Shown here in pieces: positions 53,408 to 64,000 of a stretch of 64,000 bases of DNA. The stretch covers positions 5,272,001 through 5,336,000 of the forward strand of contig NW_024704742.1 of NCBI RefSeq assembly GCF_018977255.1, in the 5' to 3' direction. The notes below the pieces were generated by a model, which saw only the letters and a list, made by a program, of their open reading frames with translations, was not told the DNA's origin and ran no database searches. Origin of the DNA: Callorhinchus milii (lineage: Eukaryota). Position 1 is the first letter of the stretch; the number at the start of each line of letters is the position of its first letter. The position numbers and the translations under genes are program-made.

Positions 53408-53682
53408 AATTAAACCACAAAAAAACACAGCCACACGCACACACACTCACACACGTGTAATAATAATAATAATAATAATAATCTTTGCATTTGATCGAGC
53501 GCCTTATCACGTTGTCGCGATATCTCTTTTCGTGGCTTTGTTTCTCATTCTCTCGCTCTCTATCCTCCTGTACCCCCTTCGTTTCTCGTTCCCTCTCTCT
53601 CCCCTCTGATCCGCGCTCTCATACCCTCCCTCTTCTTCGCCTGTTTCTCAATCCCTCTCTCTATCCTCTTTTTCGCCTCTTT

Positions 53683-54436
53683 GTTTCCCATTCCCTCTCT
53701 CCCCCTTTTCCTTTCTCATTCCCTCTCTCCCACCTTTTTGTTTCTCATTCTCTCCCTCCGCCCTCTTTCTTTCTCATTCCCTCTTTCCCACCTCTTGTCC
53801 TTTCTCATTCCCTCTCTCCCTTTTCCTTTCTCATTCCCTCTCTCCCTTTTCCTTTCTCATTCCCTCTCTCCCTTTTCCTTTCTCATTCCCTCTCTCCCTC
53901 TTCCTTTCTCATTCCCTCTCTCCCTTTTCCTTTCTCATTCCCTCTCTCCCTTTTCCTTTCTCATTCCCTCTCTCCCCTTTTCCTTTCTCATTCCCTCTCT
54001 CCCTTTTCCTTTCTCATTCCCTCTCTCCCCTTTTCCTTTCTCATTCCCTCTCTCCCTTTTCCTTTCTCATTCCCTCTCTCCCCTTTTCCTTTCTCATTCC
54101 CTCTCTCCCTTTTCTTTCTCATTCCCTCTCTCCCCTTTTCCTTTCTCATTCCCTCTCTCCCTTTTCCTTTCTCATTCCCTCTCTCCCTTTTCTTTCTCAT
54201 TCCCTCTCTCCCCTTTTCTTTCTCATTCCCCCCTCTTGTCCTTTCTCATTCTTCCCCTCTTTTTCTTTCTCATTCCCTCTCCCTCTTCCTTTCTCATTCC
54301 CTCTCTCCCCCTTTTCCTTTCTCATTCCCTCTCCCTCTTCCTTTCTCATTCCCTCTCTCCCCCTTTTCCTTTCTCATTCTTCCCCTCTTTTTCTTTCTCA
54401 TTCCCTCTCTCCCTTTTCCTTTCTCATTCCCTCCCT
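53683..54436. repeat. Pyrimidine-rich tandem array, unit about 26-27 bp (ttttcctttctcattccctctctccc), roughly 28 copies
   Basis: Periodicity read directly from the sequence. Confidence 0.95.
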
Positions 54437-54480
54437 CTTTGTCACTGCCCTCTCTCTCTCTCTCTCTGTGTGTGTAAGTG

Positions 54481-54488
54481 CCGGAAGT
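54481..54488 (+). promoter_or_regulatory. ETS/GABP consensus CCGGAAGT between the two tandem arrays
   Basis: Exact consensus match in the short unique spacer, about 1.4 kb upstream of the TSPAN5 ATG. Confidence 0.45.
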
Positions 54489-54498
54489 CCTGCCCTGA

Positions 54499-55410
54499 CA
54501 GTGGCTGTGGTGGGGGCTGTGTGTTGGATGGTGTCCCTCTCTCTGTGTGAGTGACTGTGAGTGGCTGTGGTGAGGGCTGTGTGTTGGATGGTGTCCCTCT
54601 CTCTGTGTGACTGTGAGTGGCTGTGGTGAGGGCTGTGTGTTGGATGGTGTCCCTCTCTCCCTCTCTCTCTCTGTGTGAGTGACTGTGAGTGAGTGTGAGG
54701 GCTGTGTGTTGGATGGTGTCCCTCTCTCTCTCTGTGTGAGTGACTGTGAGTGGCTGTGGTGAGGGCTGTGTGTTGGAAGGTGTCCCTCTCTCTCTCTCTC
54801 TCTGTGTGAGTGAGTGTGAGTGGCTGTGGTGAGGGCTGTGTGTTGGATGGTGTCCCTCTCTCTCTCTCTGTGTGAGTGAGTGAGTGTGAGTGGCTGTGGT
54901 GAGGGCTGTGTGTTGGATGGTGTCCCTCTCTCTCTCTCTGTGTGAGTGAGTGAGTGTGAGTGGCTGTGGTGAGGGCTGTGTGTTGGATGGTGTCCCTCTC
55001 CCTGTGTGAGTGACTGTGAGTGGCTGTGGTGAGGGCTGTGTGTTGGATGGTGTCCCTCTCTCTGTGTGAGTGACTGTGAGTGGCTGTGGTGAGGGCTGTG
55101 TGTTGGATGGTGTCCCTCTCTCTGTGTGAGTGACTGTGAGTGGCTGTGGTGAGGGCTGTGTGTTGGATGGTGTCCCTCTCCCTGTGTGAGTGACTGTGAG
55201 TGGCTGTGGTGAGGGCTGTGTGTTGGATGGTGTCCCTCTCTCTGTGTGAGTGAGTGTGAGTGGCTGTGGTGAGGGCTGTGTGTTGGATGGTGTCCCTCTC
55301 CCTCCCTCTCTCTGTGTGAGTGACTGTGAGTGGCTGTGGTGAGGGCTGTGTGTTGGATGGTGTCCCTCTCCCTCCCTCTCTCTGTGTGAGTGACTGTGAG
55401 TGGCTGTGGG
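54499..55410. repeat. Minisatellite, unit about 60 bp (length varies with internal CT/GAGT runs), about 14 copies plus a partial copy
   Basis: Unit tggctgtggtgagggctgtgtgttggatggtgtccctctctctgtgtgagtgactgtgag; exact 60-bp period over 54961-55260. Confidence 0.97.
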
Positions 55411-55516
55411 GGATGAGAGCTGTGAGCCTGACTGGTGGCTGCAGTGCTGCTGAGCTGCTCTGCTCTCCTGTCTGTGTTGGGGCTGTGGAGCTGTGAGAGA
55501 GAGAGACACACAAACA

Positions 55517-55553
<37 letters not shown>

Positions 55554-55847
55554 TGAGAGGTGGAGTGGGGGTGTAGAGGAGAGACCAGACCAGTGGGAGT
55601 GGGAGTGGGGGTTACACTGAATCCACAGCGAGTAACATTGTAGCCAGAGCTGCAGAGCTACATTTGCTTCGGGAACTCCTCTCTACTCACAGCAGTTTCT
55701 TCCCTCCTCTCTCTCTCTCTCTCTCTTTCTCTCACTCTCACTCGCTCGCTCGCTCGCTCTCACTCTCTCGCTCACTCGCTCTCGCTCACTCTCAGCTCTG
55801 CCCATCTCCACCCGCCTCAATCGCTGCTTCTTCATGAGCTCCTCAGG

Positions 55848-55928
55848 ATGTCAGGGAAACATTACAAAGGGCCTGAAGTCAGCTGCTGCATCAAGTATTT
55901 CATATTCGGATTTAATATCATCTTCTGG
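55848..55928 (+). CDS. TSPAN5: Tetraspanin 5, coding exon 1 (81 nt); remaining exons not seen in the window
   Basis: MSGKHYKGPEVSCCIKYFIFGFNIIFW followed by donor gtgagt; matches the TSPAN5 N-terminus and its expected position next to EIF4E. Confidence 0.95.
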
Positions 55929-58900
55929 GTGAGTAGTATCTCTCCCGAGTGAGTGAGTGAGTGAGTGAGTGTGTGTGTGTATCTCTGTATAAAGCCGTCT
56001 CTCTCTCTCTCTCTCTCTAATGTATAATATATTTCGCCCACAATTACGCGGTCGATTCGCTTGACAGTATATTCCGTGAAGCGCTTTGAGACGTCTCGAA
56101 GACGGGATAAGGCGCTGTATCAAATGCGAGGATTGTTAACACTGTTATTAGTAGTATATAATTATACGCGCACCCCTATCTGTGTGTGTACGCGTGTGCG
56201 TGTGCGCGCGTGTGCGTGCGTGTGTGCGCGCGGGCGCGTGTGTGTGTCTAAAACTAAGACCATTAGCACAGTCTTGGAGCTGTGATCTTGACAGGTTCTG
56301 AGCTCAGGCGGATGAGAGACAGGGACTGTTTTGGAGAGAACGTTGTTAATGATGTCTGTTTCGGACCCTTTTGCAGAAGGCCAGACTGGGGAGACACAAT
56401 GCAATCACAGATTTGCGTGTGTGTGGGTGTGTGGGTGGGGGGGGGGGGGGGGGGGTGGTGGGGGGGTGTGGGCTGTGGGAGAGTAAAAACACCCTACACT
56501 TACTTGAGCAATGATGGCGTATCGGTGTCAGATTTGTCAGACGGGGGCTTTGTGTACCACGGAGGTTGGTTAGAGGTGGGCGGTGGGTGGGTGGGTGGGT
56601 GGGTTGGGGTGAGGGTGAAGGTGGGGGGGTGGGCGGGGGGGGTGGGGGAGGATAGACCAGGGATTTTGGGTGCATTGACACAATCCCGAATGCAACCCTT
56701 TTGTGTTCCTGAAAACACCCACCGCTCACAACGCTGTATTTTACCTCAATGGGGTCATTGACCAAAAAAAAACACACATTTGTCAGCAAATCAGGGTAGG
56801 GTTCTGGTGTGGTAGAGCTTTATCTCATTCTTTAACTCTTTTTTGGAGGACAGAACAGTCGCATTTAACTCTTTCAATACTCGAGTCCGTGGTTTCAAAC
56901 TGGTGGTAATTTCCTTTCCCCCCCCCCCCCCCCACCGCCCCCCTCCCCACTTTACAATGCTTTTGTTCACAGCGACTTTCGAGATCACCGTGAATTAGCG
57001 CTAAGCTAAACGGAGTTAAGGGTCAAACGTGTGGGCTGTAACATCACCCATAACGACAGTAAGGTTTGGACTGTTTGGCGGTCTGTGCTGCCTCTTATTG
57101 ACCAGCGCTGGTGGGCAGAATAGCTGAACGTCACAGCTTTGGCGTCTCTCGATCACTGGGTTTCCGAAGAACCGCAATGTCCTGTACCTTCAGGCTTAAC
57201 ACCTCCCAGATACAGGACCTCCCTCTCCTCCCTCTCCTCCCTCCCTCTCTCCTTCCTCCTCCTGTGTTTTTTTTAAAAAACAACTCGCACGCGTGTAGTG
57301 ACCTGACATGGTGCTGGGCACCAATGGACGGGAGGTGGGGGAGGGGGAGAAGGAATGAAGCGAGCGATTGTAAGACAACGGTTGAAGAGGTAGATCTTCA
57401 AGCAGCTCAAGGAGGGAGATGGTGAGGCAACAAGGGTTAGGGGGTTTCAAAGGGCGAGTGTGTGTGTCAGAGGGGTCATGACTGAACGTCTGGCCAGAGA
57501 GAGGGGAGACAATTGTGAATTGCCTTTTGCGTCGGAAGGACATCTTACAAGTGCTTCACACGGCCGACTTAGAGCCTGCGCTGGGGGTTGAGGGGTGGGT
57601 GGGGTGGGGGAGAAACTGAGGAGAAGAGGGGAAAGGTGGCCAAAGGCACGGTCAAAGAGAGACGAGAGTCTGTCCGGAGAAGATCACAGTTGTAGAGTGA
57701 GAGTGGGAACCAGGAGTAAGGATATTGAAGTCAATCCTCGAGGAGAAAGTCAGCCAGCGGAGCCCAGTGAGTACGGGGGAGAGGGGCGTGGGGGGTGGGG
57801 GGGGGGGGGGGGGTGATTAAGCTAAGCTTAGTAACTAGAAATTTATTATGAGGAACTTAAATCAAATTTATTTGGAAAGTCTTAACGGAATGATGTCAGA
57901 GTGAGTGTCACTATTTACTCTGTAACATCCTCGAACAATCGAAGGTTTGTCAAACGTTCTGCCCTTTATTTGATCGTTGCTCGTCGCTGACTGTCTATCT
58001 TGTTACCTGACACAGGGAGATTTACTTCAGTGAATGGAGCGCTTCCAATTTAGGAGGGACGGGAAACGCGTCGTGTTCTCACTCATTCTCACAGCGTAAA
58101 TGAAATCAACCGCTGCACGACTTTTAAGCGCGATACCTCGATGTTTAAAAAAAGAGCCGACTCAACAATTTTGCCTGACATCAACAGCATGTAAAGTCGT
58201 GGAAACTTAACATGTAAAGTAACGCAAACTATTCTAAGAGAGAGAGAGAGAGAGAGAGTGGGGTCGGAGAGTTCCTGTGACTGTTTCAAGTTAATGAGAA
58301 ACGTGTATTTACAAAGATCGTTTCTGACAAGATTGAGGATATTGCAGATCAAGTTAATGTGTGGCTTCCAGCGATGTCGTTTGGACTGTCAGAGAGGCTT
58401 TGACTTAAGTGCCACGCAGAAAAATTAAGCTGATGTAGAATTACAGGGACGACAAGTTTACGACTGTGTGGTGTCTTTCATGTTGGGAGGACCTCTTAAA
58501 GTGCTTCACACAACTGCCTGAGAGCCTGTGCTGGTGGGTGGAAGGCAGAGGAGAATCGTGGCCAAAAGCTCAGGCAAAGAGAGTGGGGTGTTTTTTACGG
58601 CGGATTTTGAAGGAAAGGGAGAGGGAAAGGGAGTGGTGGGAATCTCTGCGTTGGCTGTAGAGACATCTGAAAGGGACGTGGAATTGGGGTGAACCACTCA
58701 CGGGAGTTGCGAGTTGCAAATTTGAAATAATAACAGTGTGGCGTTCAGTATAGCGTCAGCCTTCACGTCTCAGGGCGCAGTGGGAGGGGAGCGTAGGTGC
58801 AATGAAAGAGGTAAGTCTTCAGTGGCGCACAGCAGTGGTCCCACAAATAGAGTAATGGTATCTTTAACGTCCACCCTGAGGGGGTGGCTTGGCTTTTACA

Positions 58901-59154
58901 TCTTTCACTGATGCTGTTCCTGCAAACTCCACATTGGGGTAGAAATCTACCAGAGGCCTGACCGAGGCAGGTTTAAGGTGCCTGGTGTAGTTTCCTCCGT
59001 TAAAGTGTAGTTTGGGTAGAATGAACCATTCTAGAAGGACAACGTATGGCAACATGTGTTCATCAGATATTTGGTTAAAAAAAGAAATCCTTACATTTGA
59101 CTTAAAGTATTTGCGTCATCCAATTCGGGAGGATGTCGCAAAGTGCCTCACAGG

Positions 59155-59187
<33 letters not shown>

Positions 59188-60689
59188 GGTTCAGCCTTGT
59201 TTCGAATCAGTTGGACTTCGAGAATAGTTTACAGCGTAAATTGTAATGACTACAAATATTGTAGGTGAACACCTACATTTCCGGCTTTTCCAAAAGGCGG
59301 AGCAATAGGTACAATTACTGTGGTTCACTGATCCTTGCTCTGTCAGGACATTTACGAGGCAGAAATTTGAACAAGGCACCCGATGGGACTCAAGACTGGA
59401 ATCCTTGAGGAACTGAGGGAGAAAATTCCTACTGCGGTTGATGTGCTTTGAAGCTCCCAAGTATACAGGAATTGTGCAGGATGGATAAGAGGTTTGCTTG
59501 CATTTTATTCAAGGTTTGCTTGCATTTCTGTCCCTGGCTGTGGGCCTGTTAAGCATAGGAAACCGTGCGTAATGGGTGAGGTGGTGAGGTGTAAAAGCAG
59601 ACGGGGGAAGTGGTTATGTGGTTAGTGATCGGATACTGATGGTTCTAATCTACACAAATGGCCAGGATGCACAAGCTGACAAGACCGAGACTGAAACTGT
59701 ACCAAATGTTTTGAACAAGGATTCAGATCAGAGAGACAGACACCCGATCAATGAAATGCACCACTGATAAATGTGATCGTGTGTTTCTACCGTTTTTTTT
59801 TGTTGTTTGGTGCTTTGCCTGGAGTTCCAATACTTAATAGTGTAGACTGTAGTATAATCCCAACACGTTAAAGTAAAATCCAGGTTCAGATATTTTGTCC
59901 ACAAAGTACACTCTACAGTATATTCTGTGAGGCGCTTTGAGACATATCAAGGACCTGCTAAGGCACTGTATCAGATGCGAGGATTACTTTTATTTTATTT
60001 TAAAATTCATTTCGTAGGCAAGTGTCGCTCCTTGGACTTCAGTCTTTCGGACTGACTGATTTGCTGCTGTAGGTTTTCTAGCGATAACATGGGCTGCGCT
60101 ACGCAGACAATAATAATAATAATAATAATCCTTGCATTTGATATAGCGCCTTATCGCGTCTTCTGATTGAAAGGACATGACCTGAACGGGCCTGCTGACT
60201 TCACTTAGCGTCTGGCACACAACACTGTGCCAAGGTTTTTTTTGTTCCCGATTTTTCCTAACGCAACTCGGTCACCTCCAAAACAATTCCGAGAACAGAA
60301 TCCGGTGAAATCCAGGCCGCTTATTATTTGTGGTCACCGTCTCTGGTGTAAGAGTATATCAGTCATGCTGAGCGTGTGCATCGGCGCAAACACTTGAATG
60401 AGGGGCAGAGACGTCCCAGAGATGGGAACAGTTCAGCAACCTCCACTGGTCATTCTGAACGTGCGCAGCTGGTAAGCACTGGTTGACTTTCTGTTTACAT
60501 GGGTTGGTGCCCTTGGAGCTGTCGCAATCTTCTCTCGTCGAGTTTGAGTCATCGCTCAGCCGGTTTGAACGGCGGGGCTGAAAAGACACTCTTCAAAGGA
60601 AATGCGGTGTGAGCGCCTGACTTGTGTGGCAGATTGGCTCTGTCGGTAGCTTTTATTTCAGAAGGTTGGGGTGGGTTCCATTTTATTTG

Positions 60690-61100
60690 GGTCAGCTGGA
60701 GGGTGGGGGGGGGGGGTGGTTTGTGACACATGCGGAAACCCATCACCGTGCTTAAGAGGATCCAAACCGAGCTGAGATTTCCACGCAGCCCACCTACACA
60801 TGGAAAGCCCAGAGATAGGTTGTTGGAATGGATGTACACTCTTTTCCCTAACGAGACACATCCTGTTTGCCTAATTCCGGAAAGTATTAGGCGCAGGTGG
60901 GCGAGAGCTAAGGCTTGGGGACCTCGGAGCGTGCGTTGGGCTAACTGCTGGAGTCTGACCCGCTAAAACGGCATAGCTTGCCATTGATATCACTGTCTGG
61001 TAAGCTTTCCCGCAGCTTGTCCAGCTGGGACCACCCCTCTCAGGGCGTTGGCTTGCAGGATTAATCAGAGCCGAGTGGGATGACTTCCTGCGCCCAGTGA
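60690..61100 (-). mobile_element. Unclassified interspersed repeat, longest contiguous copy
   Basis: Same blocks as the 49145 copy, extending into sequence shared with 45280-45365. Confidence 0.7.
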
Positions 61101-63354
61101 CTCAAGGACTTAGTCTAATAGTCCAATAAGGTAACATTCCTGCGGAACGCTGTTATTAGAGGTGCTGTCCTTTGGAGTGAACCGCAGGCCTATCTGCCTG
61201 TTCAGGTGGACGTTCAAGATCCTACGGTACTAATCGAGAAGCGAACAAGAGTTGTTCCCAGTATCCGAGCCAATTCCTGACATTGCAACACAGCGCAGTG
61301 TTTCAGCGACTGACGTTCCACTACAGTATGACAGCCGCTCACTCGACACTTGCCACAGCCTGAGCGGCCTCGAGAGCCGTTGCAACCGCAGCAAAACATT
61401 TCTCAAGCAAAATCCTTTCCATATTGTACAGTACGGTGTTTGGCACACTGGTTTCTTTCAGGGACGTGCAGCTGGATGCGGTTAGTAACAGTGTTTGACC
61501 TCCCCCCCACCCCCCACCCCCCCCTCCCCACCCCCCACCCCAAGCCCTCCATTAAACGAGGCCATTGTTTTATATTTAAAAAAAAGCTTGAGATTCAGAA
61601 CATTTCATTCTTTCTGAGAGACGGAGATCACATTAAAGGTTTGGGTTGTTGTCTCTATGGGATTTGACGATGGTCAGTGTCGGACGAGATGGAGATGAAG
61701 CGCTGTCCTGCTGTTGATCTGCTGTGTTTGCCGCACGGAGGAAATCGTCAACCGTAGCTGCAAACTCTGGACACTGTCAGAGCCAGGAAAGGTGTCTCGA
61801 GTTCCCAAAGCGTATGTTATTTTTGTTTTTCTTTGGAAAATTGGGAGATTGTGGGGCTGCAAGGAGTTCAGTGGGATGTAAACCATTGCCATGGAAACGC
61901 TGGAGATTCGGCACAGCTGGATGGATGGATTCTGTTGCTTACACCCATCATTTCCACTTCACTAAACTCACTGCGGTCAGTGTTTCTTTATCTGACCAGA
62001 AGACAACCCTGTCTCTCTCCTCTCGTGTTCTGGACCTGTCTTTTGCTGTAGAGATTACTTGAGGAATCTTCTTGACTGTTCTTTGTTTGTTTGTGTGTGT
62101 GGGAGAGGGTGCGGGGGGGCTATTATTAATATTATTATAATAATAAGGACACAATTAAACTGCATTTAACGGTCTTGAATAAGAACCCTATCGGGGCCCA
62201 ATTCTGCATGGTTTCATGCTTGTGTCTTGCAGCAACAGCAATGACTTGCAGTTGTCCAGTGGCCTTCATGCACAGTAAACGTCTCGTAGCACTTTGCCGT
62301 AGCGAGAGCGGAGGGCGAGCAGGGGCGGGTGGTGGGGGTGGGGGAGAAGGGTGAGGTGACCGTAGGCACGGTCGAAGAGGTAGGTTTGAAGGCGGGGTGT
62401 GAAGTCGTATGGAGAGGGAACGAGAAGAGAGAGAGAGAGAGGCGTTGAGGGAAGGAGTTGCAGAGGTTTGGAGCGTAGAGATGGAAAGCCTGAGTTAGCT
62501 GAGCGGAGTAGAGAGGAGTGGGGTTTGTGGAGCTGAGATTACATGGACTCTCTTCGTTAGAACCCACGTCGCCAGCAACATAAAGCGGCCGCCTGGATTG
62601 GACTTGCTTTCCAATTTCATTTAATTTGCATAGATTCAGTTGTTCCATCAAGCCATTCCCTCCCCGGTTGAGGTATGGGTTTGGATGCTGAATCCCAGCA
62701 CTTTGGGATGTCCTCCTGACGTGAAAGGTGTTACACAAATGTATTTGTTATGTTTTTGGATCCACTTAACACTCCACACCCACGACTACATTGCATCACG
62801 CTGGTTTAATGCTGTTTATACTCCTTAACTGCATTCCTCTCATTCCCGAGGATGTAATTAAGAACCGTGACTACAGATTATCAGCCAATTTTGGGTAGTA
62901 GTATTATTATTCAGTCTCATTCAGTTGATGAAAGTTCGTTGCCCAGTTCACTGAAATAATCATATAGCTACGGGGACCGTAAAGATTGACACCTGGCAGC
63001 GTCGAATGCTCTCAGAACTCACGCTCTCTCTTTCTCTCTCGCTCTCTGAGCGCCAGTAAGCAAAAGGCCTGAGATCGAGTGGCTGGCCAGGCTATTGCGG
63101 TCAACCCCGTCAGCCTGCACCTCTTGGGGACTGTTAGGGGAGAGAGCGATGCCTGTTTGTGTCGGGGTCGATGAGGTTGCCCCCCCCCCCCCCCACCCCC
63201 CCCCCGAACTTGGGTTAATAAATTCTCGGGTTAATCTTGATTCTTGAACCAAGAGTGTACGTGTGCGTTAGTATCTGCAGGAATACTTCAGAAAGACATG
63301 CAGGAGAAATGTTACTAAAAGGTGCAGCGCTGTGTAGCTTTGCGCGTTACAGCG

Positions 63355-63715
63355 CTTGCATTTAGTACAGCGCCTGATCATGCCATCGAGACGTCTCAAA
63401 GCTTTTCGCAGGATATACTGCAGAGTGGCGTGGCTGTCTGTATTTTGTAGGTCAACTTGGCAGCCAATTTGCACACCCAGCAATGGCCGTAAACTGCCAT
63501 GGAGTGAACGACTTAATTTTATTTGGTGGATTGTTGGCCGGGACACCAGGAAGAATTGATTCTCTTTGCGTCTGGTGCCTTGGGATCCTTAACGTTCCAC
63601 CCGCACAGGCGCACGGGACCTCGGTTTAAAGTCTCATCCCGAAAGGACGGCACCTGAAAGCCCTGGGATGCCATCTTACACTTGTGTGGGTTCAAAGCCA
63701 CGACTTGGGGCTTGC
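63355..63715 (-). mobile_element. Deu-domain SINE in TSPAN5 intron 1
   Basis: Reverse complement contains ggtgccgtcctttcgggatgagactttaaaccgaggtcccgt. Confidence 0.75.
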
Positions 63716-64000
63716 AAACTGATGACTGGAGCGAGCGAGCGAGCGTGCGAGGGTCTGAGATCTGGACACGCACGAATTTAACAAAGTCCGGTCCGTTCTT
63801 TGCAACCGATAACTAAAAACCCCGTTGCGGTCCTTGTCTGCGCACTTCTGTTGTTGCAACACGCTGTCTGTCTGTTGTGTGTTTTGGAGCTGACTTCTCG
63901 TGGCTCATGACCTTGTGCCTTCGTGTGGCTGAGAGGCCAAACTGATCTGCTGCCAGAGAACTGTCAATCGTGGTTGGTATCAGGAGGCAGAGGGTGAGAA

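Noticed and set aside
54499..55410. CRISPR-like periodic array
   Set aside because: No unique spacers, eukaryotic context and no cas genes; it is a minisatellite.
53485..55533. Long ORFs of 289-411 aa on both strands
   Set aside because: They are translations of the two tandem arrays, which lack stop codons in those frames; low complexity and no family resemblance.
55929..64000. TSPAN5 exon 2
   Set aside because: No GLWAW-type exon seen; intron 1 probably extends beyond the window.

Overview
Vertebrate genomic DNA. The repeat content (L2 and CR1 LINE fragments, Deu-domain SINEs, a dominant tRNA-headed SINE with an (ATT)n tail) suggests a cartilaginous fish, probably a chimaera such as Callorhinchus; this is inference. 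The window contains the conserved METAP1 (-) / EIF4E (+) / TSPAN5 (+) block. METAP1 coding exons 2-11 (22159-33114), EIF4E coding exons 3-7 (33973-38718) and TSPAN5 coding exon 1 (55848-55928) have GT-AG boundaries and consistent reading frames. Main anomaly: METAP1 exon 2 and EIF4E exon 3 are only 858 bp apart. METAP1 exon 1, EIF4E exons 1-2 and the promoter region between them were not found, and the gap holds a SINE that is a chimera of two subfamilies. This fits a SINE-SINE junction, either an assembly mis-join (most likely) or a real deletion/rearrangement. Other observations: two tandem arrays flanking an ETS site upstream of TSPAN5, one with a uORF in each unit; a frame-consistent three-exon candidate ORF at 1.5-5 kb; a 3' hairpin shared by SINEs and L2; and an unclassified A-tailed repeat. 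Exon numbering follows my recollection of the human genes, and repeat boundaries are approximate.
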